Of a stretch of DNA of 64,000 nucleotides, positions 22,476-34,100 are shown one piece after another. The stretch is taken from contig DF237280.1 in assembly GCA_000708835.1 (NCBI GenBank), positions 1 through 64,000 of the forward strand. The letters run 5' to 3'. The position numbers were made by a program, and so were the translations under genes. Source of the DNA: Klebsormidium nitens (Eukaryota; Plantae; Klebsormidiophyceae). Every line of letters starts with the position of its first letter. Positions within the stretch are counted from its first letter, which is position 1. The notes under the pieces were generated by a model that worked only from the letters and a program-made list of their open reading frames with translations, was not told the origin of the DNA and searched no databases.

Positions 22476-24982
22476 ACCTTTAATTTAACTATTGCTGTTA
22501 AAGCTTACTTCTGCTAAATTGAAGATTCACCATGGCATTGGCGTTCCTCTTTTCGGTGGAGATGGGCAGGATTACTTGTATGAGAGTAGCTGCATGCGAC
22601 ATCTGGTGGATCATACCAGTGTTATAAAGTCGGCGGAACATGAATCAGGCGGGTATAAACTGTTTTTAAACTACAGCCCCTGCTACAACCAATACGATCA
22701 TACGAGTCTAACACCGACTGCATGGATGCAGCCGGCAGTGGACCAATCAGGATACTGTTGTGAATCAAGTGGGCGAAAAGCCGATCCACAATTCTCTGTC
22801 TTGGGCCGCCTTGGCACGTTGGGCCGACAGAAAAAGGCCGACTAGAGGACCAAATTTGACTTTGACTTTGACTTTACAGCGTTCCCTCTGCGCGGTCGGG
22901 TCCACGTCGGCTGCGGTCGACGATAAACGAGAAATCTGCGTCGGCACTGGGCAGTCGAGGGTGGGGTGGCGCAAAAAATTTGGCCGCTTTCCGGGCCGAA
23001 TTGTACGTTTATCGTCGAACACGAGTATTTCTCGCAGACAGACGCTACCCACGACCGCAGAGCGACGTTGTACGGTCATGCCGTTGGTTTGAACTTTGCG
23101 TGACAAGTCTACAACTGGCGGCTGGCCTCTACAATCGCCAAGCCAAAATTCAATTACAGGCCAGAGAGAAGAGTTGGAGAGAAAAGGAGATGAAGAAATC
23201 GAGAAAATTATAATGGCCGGAAAATAAATGACTATCTGGATTTTGGAATCTGCACCGCTTACAGAAAACCTGAAAACGCTCATTAACCACTGTACTTTTC
23301 GCTGCTCTTGGGGATGGATTCCCATGTCGTTATTGTGTCGACATTCGAACTGCAAGCAGTGCACGAATGCCAGTTGGCACCGATCCGGAGCTCCAGGGTC
23401 CGGAAATGCTGTCAGTGTATATTGAAACCCAACAATGAAATATTGAAGCTGTTTGGCAAGCAGACTCCGGCCACTGCTTTCTACTACCATAGCACTAAAC
23501 TCTAACCAAGACTCCAACGTGGATTCTTCTGATCACTGCGTATAACATGTTCGCAAGCTTCGAAGTACCACCAACTTTTCATTTAATATACGGTTACAGG
23601 CGTGTTCATGTAGATCGAGGCCTGCCAACTGCCTTGCCTTGCATCAGAACGCGGTACTAAGGGCTGAGAGCATTTCGTTTGAAAGTTGAGCAAAAAGGAT
23701 CAAAAACAGCCCTTCCGCAGTACTTCTGACAACGAGTGAACGCCAGCTAAGAACAGGAAAACACCACTACAGGGCCGGAGACACGCCGAACAAACTACCT
23801 CGATTTTCGCGACTGGAACTGCTCCACTCCCTGTACGACAACAACCATGGTGTCTTGCTTTTTAAGGAGTGCGCAACCAGGCAAATGGGGAGCCTTAATG
23901 GAGAGGGCGCTGGTGTTGCTGTCGTTCTTGGGTGAGTACTTCATGCAGTAGCGCCTCATGATATAAGACCAATGTACACTGAAAACAAGAGCGGTCACAG
24001 GCTGGCTGATTGATCGATTCGTGAGTCCTATTGGTTTTTGTTGCTTGTTGATATGATCCAGGAGTTCTGCGCGCAGGTTAATACATTCTGGTGGAGTCGT
24101 GGACCGTACCTAGCAACTAGACAAAGCTTGGTGTGCAACGTCGTAAGGCCAGTGCAAAGAATTCTCATGCGGACAGTACCGCACAAAAGGGCAGGGAATG
24201 GATTGTTGCTCTAGCACTGCGAGCATGTGCTAGCTATGCTTGTCCCATAGGTTTCGGCCGGCGGTGTGGGCCTCTCACTGCTTTCGGACTTTGGCGATAC
24301 ATATGCCGACTTTGCTGGAGTCTCTGCTTATAACTTTAAGACAGCAAGAGTCTATTGTTGCGAGAATACTCAAGACCAATGAATATGTGGAAGTCTTGTT
24401 CGGACTTGCTAGGACTCAACCCTGCTTGTGCAATAGGCACCTGATATACTTACCTTCTCAAAACTTGCAACGTATGCTTTTCATGTAGATGTTCATTGAC
24501 ACGTTCACCACAGGGGGATCCCTCTGATGACTTTGCCTCTTTTTTCCTCGCTAGCAGGGCAAAGGAAGCTAACATCACCTGCTGACAATGTTTCAATGTT
24601 GCCCCCAGTTGCTGCGTGATATCTACAGTGGTGCATTTTGAGGTTCCTTGTCTGGCAGGCAATTGACAAGCACTATAAACATCGTGGTCAATGCAGTGGT
24701 CCAGGGGGGACTCTGCGAGGGGTATATAGTGGGGGCCCTTGGGGACGAACATAGAGTTTTCCACGAAGGCACAGGCCCTGCAGTTTTTGACTTTGATGGT
24801 GAGTCATACACAACGTCCCCCCTGACATATACGCATGGCATCGTAGCATCGCCAATAATGTTCCGGTGCTTGCCGCCGCGCCCAGTGGGCTCGTAGCATA
24901 GGGTGCCTCACTCTACCTGAGTGTAGCAGAATAGATTGGATGACCACATCAACGTTGATAACACTCCATCTACGGGAGGAAA

Positions 24983-25928
24983 ATGGAGTTGTGTTCTGGG
25001 CTTCCGACCACAAGCATCCCTCTTTTCTTACAGCTTCTGGTGGGTGAGAATTGAAATGAGGGGGTGTAGGAAGATAAGAAGTGCCCATTGAGGATCTGAG
25101 GAAAATAAGCCAAAACAAGACTTTGAAATACCACCAAGGGCAAAATCATTGCTTTCTCCGACACCGCAGCTGTCTTTCAAAGCCGGTTCAGATAATCAGG
25201 GTCTAAGTACAAATCCCAATGCAAGGAACATGATTATAAATTTGGCTTTGTTGTCCTGACATAGCTGCCTCCATGACACAGTCCTTCACACCCTCGCTCA
25301 ATGGTGATGTGCAGCTCTCGCGTCGCCTGCACACTACTTCGGCGGGCGCAAGCTGGTCACGTCCTACACATGCGAGCGCGCGCCCTCGGGAACCTGCCCC
25401 TCCAATCTCTACACGGGCTGCTGCAATGCAACTGGCACCTGCGCGGGCATTTACGTCAACAGGAACTGTAACATCGGCCTGCCCTGTGCCGCCGGCTTGG
25501 CCTTCTCGTGCTGCACGGACTTCCAACACTACTTCTTCTGCCCCGTTGGCGCGGGCGCGTGCCAGGCCCCCGCCGCGGGCTTCCCGTCCCCAACTTGTGG
25601 CAACGGATCGGTGTACTCGGGGACCCCCTACGGCGCCTGCTGCGTACCAGACCAGACCGGTGGAACTTGCGGCGCTGGGCCGTATAAGAACGTTGCTGGG
25701 AGCTGCAACTGCCCGACCAACAGCCCCTGGGGTTCGTGCTGCTCCGAAGCCGTTGTCGATACGTACGTTTGCGCGTCGGCGTCGGACCCCGGTGTCCCTG
25801 CCGGTGCGCCCACATCTACTCCGCTCCCAATAACCCTCGCTAGGCCCTCTGGCGGCTCCAGTCCGGCGGTGCCCATTGCTGCGGGCGTTGGGTTAGGGTT
25901 TCTGGTTTGGTTGCTCGGGGTCTACTAA
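24983..25928 (+). CDS. Cysteine-rich cell-surface protein with signal peptide and C-terminal GPI-type or TM tail, 2 exons, 224 aa
   Basis: Exons 24983-25043 (MELCSGLPTTSIPLFLQLLV, donor GTGAGA) and 25315-25928, phase 1. The mature region has 20 Cys including four CC pairs, a Pro/Thr/Ser stalk, and ends in hydrophobic VPIAAGVGLGFLVWLLGVY*. Confidence 0.85.
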
Positions 25929-27600
25929 TCCTAGGGCACACAGCTGTTAGGGCACACAAGAGTTACCAGTATCGCAACAGGGCTTCGTGAGGCGAGGTCA
26001 CGGGTCGAGAACGCGAGTTCACCGTTACCATGGCAACGTGCTTTGTGGCCTGGTGTAGCAAGTACATTACAGCTGGCAGAGCATGGGCCAAATGTTGGAT
26101 TGGTCCAATGAGTGGATGTTGGATCCATCTTTTCTTCCATGGATATTTTCTACCAGTCAGGATGTTGCACGTGACTTGGATACAAAGTCTGAACAACAAC
26201 AGTTGCTCAAAGCACACGGTGTCTGCTTACAAACATCTAAGGTAGTGACGGCAAAAGCCACGAAGACGGATCCGAGTCTCTTGCAGACTTCGAAGTGTGC
26301 AGACAAAGCTTGACGGTAGACTACACATTGATCAAACCGTAGCTCTGTGGGTAGATTATACGGTGGGGTGCCTGTTCAGTGTAAATTATCACACGTGAGA
26401 CTGTTCGTAGAGCTTTCTGGTATGAGTAAAGGTGGTTGTGACGGGGGTCGGATGGAATGAGAGGGTTTCCGGGGGAGCTCCGTATAGAGCACCCCTCGTC
26501 CCCTCGACAGAGGTCCTGCCTCTGTAGTGGGGGGCGCCCCAGATCGATCCGTTGTGTAACCGTGTGCAGAATGCTGGCTTGTATATGCACTGTTTGTCCT
26601 GATTCTTTGTGGGCGAAAGACAAAGACTCGAAATCGCTTCCGGCCGTTTGTTGGTAGCACGTGGCGTCCATCTGACGGCTTCGATTCGCAATTTATGAAA
26701 TGCATGGGTCCGCAATCTATGGCTGGCGCGCACTTATGGAAGAAGCCGTCCAAAATTGTCGAAAAGGCCCCTACTAAGGTTTTGTGCTCAAAGACGTCTT
26801 TGACAGCCAAAGACATGAGAGGAGATATCTGCCACAAACACAAAACCAAGAGGGACGTTTCGGATCCAGGCATCACAATGCAGACTACGCTCAGCAAAAC
26901 CCGCAAGCGTACAATCATCCATTCTGATGGACTTCAGCCAGCTGGCAACTCACAACACACATGAGTTCCTTTGACGTCCTGTAAGCTATAATAGATTTTA
27001 TGCAACTTTTGATATCTACAGCCAGTCGATCGAGCTAAGACGGCGTCAAAAGATCGAGGAACCATAACGAACTTCAATCTGCATCTAAGCTCGATGAGCG
27101 GAAGCGGTCCAGTTTCCAATGCTCAACCTTATGAAGCGACACTGGATGACCTTGTTTCCCGTTCTTTCGTTGCGGACACTTTCAGCTATGATTGCACTTG
27201 CAAAATGATACAACTTGGTCGTGCGGATACTCCTTAAGAATCAATCGCGTCCTACAATCTTGACATAGAGATCAGCTGTTGTACAGTTCCCCTGCATCTG
27301 GTCAGAAGTACTCGATCTGCTATATCCATATTTTGCGAAGAACGGAGTCAGCACGCGAAAGTAGCTGGTAATCAGAAAGTCCCTAGGACGTTATGCGAAC
27401 GACTAATCCCTTTGCATTGCCTTCCTGTGACTACGGACTGCCTATTTACATGCCAAAGCACATCTAAGCATAGACAAAAGTGCTACATGATTGTCCGCCG
27501 TTGACCGCACAAAATCTAGAGCGTAGAGTCACCCTTCCCATCTGCCGAAGTTCTACCACTCCCTAACTGGCGTTCACGACGTTCGGGCATTTCAAAACAT

Positions 27601-29305
27601 CTAACCCAAGAACACGGGCTTGAACTCCTTGTTCTTCTTGAGGTCGCAGTTCATCGCTAACGATAACGCTGCCGCTTTTGGGGCTCCTCTTGCTTCGCCA
27701 GCCAAACCTTACAGCAGTCTCCGCGGGTCACTGCGTGTCCGCACTCGAATCGGTGACGGACCACAGTGTCGCTCCATTCTTCGCAGCATACGATGCATTC
27801 GTTGGTCTGAGGAGAAAAGAGCAGCGTATCATGTGGCAGCCAGACCCGGGAGTTCCAGTAGAAAGCCAGGGCTCTCTTGAGGCGTTCGAGTTTTGCCAAG
27901 GGGGAAGTCTTCTGAGGTCCGGATAAGAACATCAACGATCAGAAATTTAAGATGCGAACTCTGTTTCTCCTTTCCATTTTTATTTCAGTTTTCAGAAGGG
28001 AAATGAACCACGAGATGGCCTCAGAAGATTGTGGACATTCAGAGGATGGAGGACGGCTCCGGCTGTAAAGGTACAACCGAAGGCACAAACTCAAATACTG
28101 AAGCACCACGTGTTTTTTCATTTTAGCCCACCTCAAACTTGCTGGAAAACACACTCTTCGTATTCATGAACGCGCCGTCGGGGGAATAGATTCCTTACCC
28201 CTCTGACGTTTTCTTGTTGCCGCTGTTCCAGCTCGTTCCGCTGCTCTCGGAGGCGCTCCTCGTCCCGCCTGATCCGCTCGTGCGCGCGCGCAGCCAGCTC
28301 GTCAAAGTCCCTCTTCAGCGCCTGGAGACTGTTCTGCCGATCGCTAGAGGTGTACAGAAGGCGTGGATTATCTCAGAGACCAACTGATTGGGTCATCAAA
28401 CGATTCGTGATTCCGTGACGGGATCAGACGGCGTTATTGCTTCGAGGCCATTGAGAGTCTCGACCATGAATTTCCCCGTTTTGAACAATTTCTGATGATA
28501 TATTTAGATGGAATCTCTTTTCAGCAGCGGACGGCTTCCCTTCCGTTCTCCAATAAGGAATGGTTGAAGTGGAAAAAGTTCTTGGCAGAACAGCTTTTGA
28601 TCGCCCATCAAAACCCTGCGCCTCTCAAGGTATCCCGACCGTTTGGCAGCAACTGACACCTCCAAGCGGCCAATCGTTAGAGACTCTTTTTGAGAGGAAC
28701 TACCCTAAGGCAGATTGGATCAAGAACTAGCAATACTTGAAGTTCGTGCCTTTCACCCGGCACTTTCAAACGCCCAACATGGAAGCTTCTCACGTAACCA
28801 CACGACGGAATGTTCTGGTCAGCACCTAACTGATAAAAGGGAATGGTGCTACCATCCTCTATCTGGACATGTCGTAACGCTTTTAGGAATAGATGCTTTG
28901 GATTTCAGAAGGTTGAACTTCAAACCAACACCCTAACCATTCGATCACCTGCTTGCATATACCCGTACCCACTCTTAATTCCGAAACTAACCCCACCCAT
29001 CCCAGGCTGGTCATTTCATCAATCTTCAAGATTGCTACTCCTAAATCTTCCATTTTTGATCGAAAGCCTCACCTCCTCCGCTGCCTCCTCATGCTGTCGG
29101 ACGCGCTAGGCATGTCGAGGAACGTGGCGCTTTCTTGTTCGTTGGATGCAATGTCTAGCTTCTGCCACGTGTCCTCGAAGGCTGCTGAAGCTGCTTGTGG
29201 GCACTGCAGGTTTAGAAGGTACGGCTCGAGGCTACCTCCGCACTTTTGTTGCGCTCAAAACGGCATCTGTCCCGCTCCGATGCCTCGGTCCATGCACGTC
29301 TTTCA
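27601..29305 (-). pseudogene. Decayed coiled-coil plus C-terminal RING-finger gene (5' end unresolved)
   Basis: Phase-compatible exons 29203-29073, 28343-28199 (DRQNSLQALKRDFDELAARAHERIRRDEERLREQRNELEQRQQE) and 27806(or 27912)-27601 (ECIVCCEEW...FECGHAVTRGDCCKVW). One expected Cys reads Arg, and the last Cys pair is lost at a frameshift near 27660. Confidence 0.6.
28880..29012 (+). repeat. Short dispersed repeat, copy 2 (inside an intron of the RING pseudogene)
   Basis: AGGAATAG...AAACCAACACCCTAACC..CGATCACCTGCTTG..ATACCCGTACCCAC...AAACTAAC...CCCAGGCTGG aligns with copies 1 and 3. Confidence 0.6.
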
Positions 29306-31118
29306 AAGAAGGCGGTTTGAAAAGTCTGGAGAAGGCACCAGCAGGGCCGACGTTTAGGTCTATATTATGAGCTTAAATGGCGCTCTTCCCTGGACCCCTC
29401 TTGCGCAGCCACAGACTCAGCCCTGGTGCCATCACTAAGACATGGGCTTTCCTTACGCTTTAGCTTTGGCAAAAGTTATATTTATGCTTCGGACTGTCTG
29501 CAAAACGACTTGCTTTGAAAATGAGCTCCGCGTCTGTTGACCAAAGAAGGGCGGATGCATCTTCATGTCCAAACCCTTGAATCTGCTCAGCTGTCTAACA
29601 TTTCATTACAAAATGCCCTCACTTCTCGCATGCACTGAATGACGTCCGTTTTCAAGTTCACGTCCAATTTGAAGGCTCCCGTAATGTGACGCTTGCACTT
29701 TCGCACGGGTCAACTGACAATGCAGCATGCAGGACGTGGCAGCTTTCGAACGCTGCTGGTGAATGAGCGCGCAACCCGATCAGGCTCCTGGTGGAAGTGC
29801 TTTGTGGTTTCCTACGCCTTGCAATACTGCTTCTTTTTACCTTCTCAAATATGCAACTCACCGTATGCGTGCAGACGGTATACAAGTACGGCACGTGAGA
29901 TGGAAGACATGGGTCGCCGTCTTTGTGACGGCGGACGCTTGTCTCTTCCTTGATTATGTATCCGATCAACGGTTGACAATTTGGTTTTGCTTTCGATCGT
30001 CGAAAGCTCGTTTGCACGGTGTGGATTTGTTAGCCGTAATACCACCGACCAAGCAAGCACGAAACTTCGGCGTCGAAGTCCGCGAACATGCACGAAGCTC
30101 GACACTGGGACTTGCAACATGCACTGGTTGGACCAAAGATGTTCAATTCGTATTACCTGCGAACTGCGCCGTGCACGCGGGCCCAGTTGGGCCAGATCTC
30201 GCACCCTTATGTGTCATTTTTCTAGGCCGTATGACGAGTTATACCGTCGAAACGGGCCAAGCGAAGCAGGTCCACTGGCGGGCCCGCAGAGCGGCGCCGT
30301 ACGGCGACAAAACCCCCGATTTGTATGGATGCCCTCTTCCTGAAGGGAAGAGACAAGCCAATATCCAAGTCAAGCGGTGGTACACCTACACGTGAGACAC
30401 ATGGTTGTACATGCAAAACCGTGCCAGCAAAGGGTAACTAGACCATGATTGGTTCTCTATTGCCGCGCACGTGCACCGAAGGACCGCTCATGCGCCACCC
30501 GAATGACTGCAAACCAAGTTACGAGCTTGTTGGCCGATGCGCTCCTTCATCAAAAAGTCACGGCTGCATGCTTGCATTCGCAAGGACCGTGACAATTAAG
30601 CACACTTGAATCCTGAGTTTGAGATAGTAGACATGCATGAAAGCGAGGGCAACGGTGCATCATGAAAGAACGGCCAGACTTTTCTGGCATGGGCAATTGA
30701 TAAGGTAGCTTAGATCTATCCATGCGTTGCAGAATCGTTTCGTGCACTGAAGCGAAGCTTAGAGGGGAGCAATCCCATGGGATTGTACAGATTGTATCCT
30801 AAGCAATAACCCACAGTCAGCTCCGAGCGCATTGTCTGTAGCGCACGCTTCCAATGCTAGCTAGCTAGTATCAGTGGGTCAGCCATGTAACAGGTTAAGA
30901 TAAGCTGCTGTCTATCCAAGCGACCACCGTTGGTTATTGCCGTCCAATATGCCGATGCAGTGTAACGAAACTTTTCTAGAAAGAATCGACCCGTACATCA
31001 AGCAACGTCTCGACGGCGTCAAGCCGTTCGTTTCTCCGCTGTGCTCTGCGTGCATCCTACGCAACCTAAGCGCGCGCGCGCATTCCTACGCTGCTAATTT
31101 TGACAAAATTCTGCTCGA

Positions 31119-34100
31119 TTAGCGTGTCAAGTTCGTGCCCATTGACGATCCAAACACCTTGTTCAGCACGTCCTTGAGGAGCTTCTGGTCCAAAGGCTTG
31201 GAGAGGTACCTGGGAAGGCAGGAAGATGCGTCAGCTGTGCTCTGGAAATGCAATAACGAAGGGCTTCTCGTCAACAAGTTCGACCAATCATCACACTGGC
31301 TGTCTTGAACTCGGTGTCTCTGCTGGCAGTCAGCTCGGTTGTTCTGGTTTCACACGATGAAGATACGCTTTCAAAACCATAGGATTGATATCAATACCGA
31401 CGGAAAGTAAGAACGAAGGCAAGAGGAGAAGCAGACGTAAACGAAGGGGCGATGCGAAAGCGGAGCAGAGAACACGACCAGGAAGCTGTTCGAGTTTTGA
31501 TAGTCAGACATGTTTCGAACATGATCTAGTTCGAACCTGGTTCCAAGTAAGTCACTATAGGTACAACTATGCTCAACGTCACCCACAGCAGCTGACGTCA
31601 GCGGCTCACCCGTCCATGCCCGCCTCCATGCACTGCTCGCGGGTGCCCGCTAGCACGTCGGCGGTCAGCGCGATAATCGGGAGGCGCGCCCCGATCTGCC
31701 GCCCCTCCACCCACAGCGTGCGCTCCTGCCCCTCGCCCGTCGGCCCGCGCCGGCCGTCGGACGTCCGCAGAACCGGCAGCTTCAGCCGCCCCTCGTCCGA
31801 ATCGAAGCTGTTTCCCCCCGCGATTATGAGCTCCCCCGAGCTGCTCGAACTGGAACTCCCGCTCGAGCGGAAGCTGTCGCGCGCCAGCCGGGGGCTCGGT
31901 GCGCTCTTGCTGGCCTCGCTCTCCCGTCGCAGGCTGGCGTCACTGTCCCGCCGGCCGCTGACGTCAGCGTCGAGCTCCGCGCTGCTGTGGCTCTCGATGT
32001 CGCTGCCACGGGGGGCAGCCCCGGGCCAGGGATCCCCCTGGCCACGCGCTTCGGCGATGCTCGGGAGGTCCGTGCTGAAAGAGTCGGTCTCGGCAGGGGG
32101 GGTGACGTCATCTGGGGCGGCGGTATTGGAGGGGGCGTTCCTGGCAGCCCAAAACTCGTGCTCTAGGCGGCGGATCCGGCGGGTTGTCTCGTACCCGTCC
32201 ATGCCTGAGAGGGGAAAGAAAGCGTCCCGTGAACGGCTTGCATATAACGACTTAACCTTTCCTTGTGTTTCTCGAGCATGGGGAAAGTGGAACGCCATGA
32301 GCGAGGGAGGAAAGGAGGGCAAACTTTCTATTTCGAGAGGTTGATCTCATGCGGTCGAGCTACTGTCACTGTGGCTGCGAACATTGAAGAATCGGTTCTA
32401 CTTGCAACAGATTGAACTGACTTATATCAGAACAAGTTCCAGGCCAGCTATTCTCACGGTTCATGACCATCCTCTGATCGTTGTACCAGCTTTGACCAAG
32501 TTTTGTCCACTTTCGTCGCACGGGTCCCGATAACATTGGCTCCAAGCAGGCCAAAGGCAAGCGATCAGGAAGCTATGGTCAAGGCGGAACGGAAAACCAC
32601 TCAAGAGCTTTTAAAGAGCCATGTTAAGGTCGGCCATGAAAGAAAGCGCCCCTCACCCGGCATCTGAACGTCCATGAGGACCATGTCAAACGCTCCAAAT
32701 CCAAACTCCTGAAGTTTGTCAAGCGCCTGCGCACCTCCGCCGACACCGACGGCCTCGCATTTGAAGACCTGCACAGGGGCCAGCAAGAATATGTGGCGAG
32801 CGCCCCAGCCGAAAGTCAGCCAAGGACCAGTCTATGACATGCGAAAAGCTGATAAAGTGAAGTTCGCAATCATACACCGCTCAAGACAAGGCGGCTCAGT
32901 CTCCTTTGTTTCCAACCCTCCTCTAGACTCCGCGTGAGCACCCTCACGCCCTTCTTTTTCATTCCAAAAACCTCGATCGGGCTTTACATTTCCAGTCCCC
33001 TAGATCTTAAACCTTCAAAACCTCATCTAAGTTTCCTCCCCTTTTCCAGTCGCTGACCGACCGCCTAAGTACCTAATCTCTGCTCCCAAAGCCACGTCTG
33101 CCGTCCACCCCCCTCACCTGCAGCATGCGCGACGCCACCTTCCGATTCACCAGCGTATCGTCGACCACGAGCACCTTTTTTCCCTGGAGCCACACCGCGG
33201 GCGCCTCCTCACTGACCGCCCTGACGCGCGTCGGCGCGCGCTTGTTCACGAGCCCCGACAGACACACCGCGACGGTCGCGGGTCGCAGCGGGCTCTGCAG
33301 CAGCCCCGCAAACCCGCGCGCCAACTCTCGCTTCTCCTCCGCGGAGTCCATGCCCGTGCTGAGCCCCACGACGGGCGCTTTTGCGGCCTTCCGCGCGGGG
33401 TGCGCGAGCAGGTCGCGCGCCAGCTGGCCGCCGTGCGCGCGCACATTGACGAGGATGACGTGGGTCCGGGGCGGGGTGACGTCAGCGGGGCGGGGCAGCT
33501 GGTCGAGCGCCTCCTCGATGGTCTCGCAGCAGACGGGGAAGAGGCCCAGCCGGCGCAGGCAGCACGCAATGATCTCTTGGCGGAGGGGGGACGGCTCCAG
33601 CACGATCACGTGCAGCTGCGGCGGGAAAACATTTTGCTTTAGCTGGTGAACATACGGGGAGAAAAGCTTAGTGTTTGTAAGAAATCCAACATTGCCGCCC
33701 GACGAACTTTCGTCAGAACTGGCTGACTACCTAGATCTGCAAGAGACTGAGGCCTTCTGCCGGTCGGGTCTCCATATGATCAGGACCACTGAGTCTCAAT
33801 TTCGCGAAAAGACTGCTGCGGAAAAGGACGCAACCTGTTGGCCCGTTTGAGACGCCTAAAAGAATTTGCTGATTCCACCTCAGGCGGCAGGCTCTCACAT
33901 CGTGCAGCTCCGGGAATTGCTGGCTGACGCGGGGGCTGGCGCTGGCCATCTCCGGGGGGGGTGGCGTGTCGACTCCGACCTCGATGTCGAAGATGAAGGT
34001 GGACCCCCGGCCCGGCTCGCTCGTCACGCCCATCGTGCCGCCCATCAGCTCCACCAGGCGCTGCACGCAGAGAGACGGTGCGTTTTTGAGACGCCGTTCC

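Noticed and set aside
22765-23517. 250-aa minus-strand ORF
   Set aside because: TTG start, no recognisable motif, and no consistent splice structure or codon bias.
26376-26918. 180-aa minus-strand ORF with a hydrophobic N-terminus
   Set aside because: No recognisable domain or supporting splice sites, and the C-terminal half is low-information GC-rich DNA.
29763-30395. 210-aa + strand ORF and overlapping ORFs
   Set aside because: No family motif. The region is rich in GGGCC motifs and looks promoter-like; it could not be tied to the RING pseudogene.
31505-31540. GTTCGAAC palindromes as a tRNA T-loop
   Set aside because: No cloverleaf, D-arm or acceptor stem. No tRNA or rRNA could be supported anywhere in the window.
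31385-32344. 319-aa + strand ORF (also 14514-15359, 14561-15229, 33125-33649, 34853-35533)
   Set aside because: Antisense or alternate-frame shadows of GC-rich true exons (CHK, UBE4).
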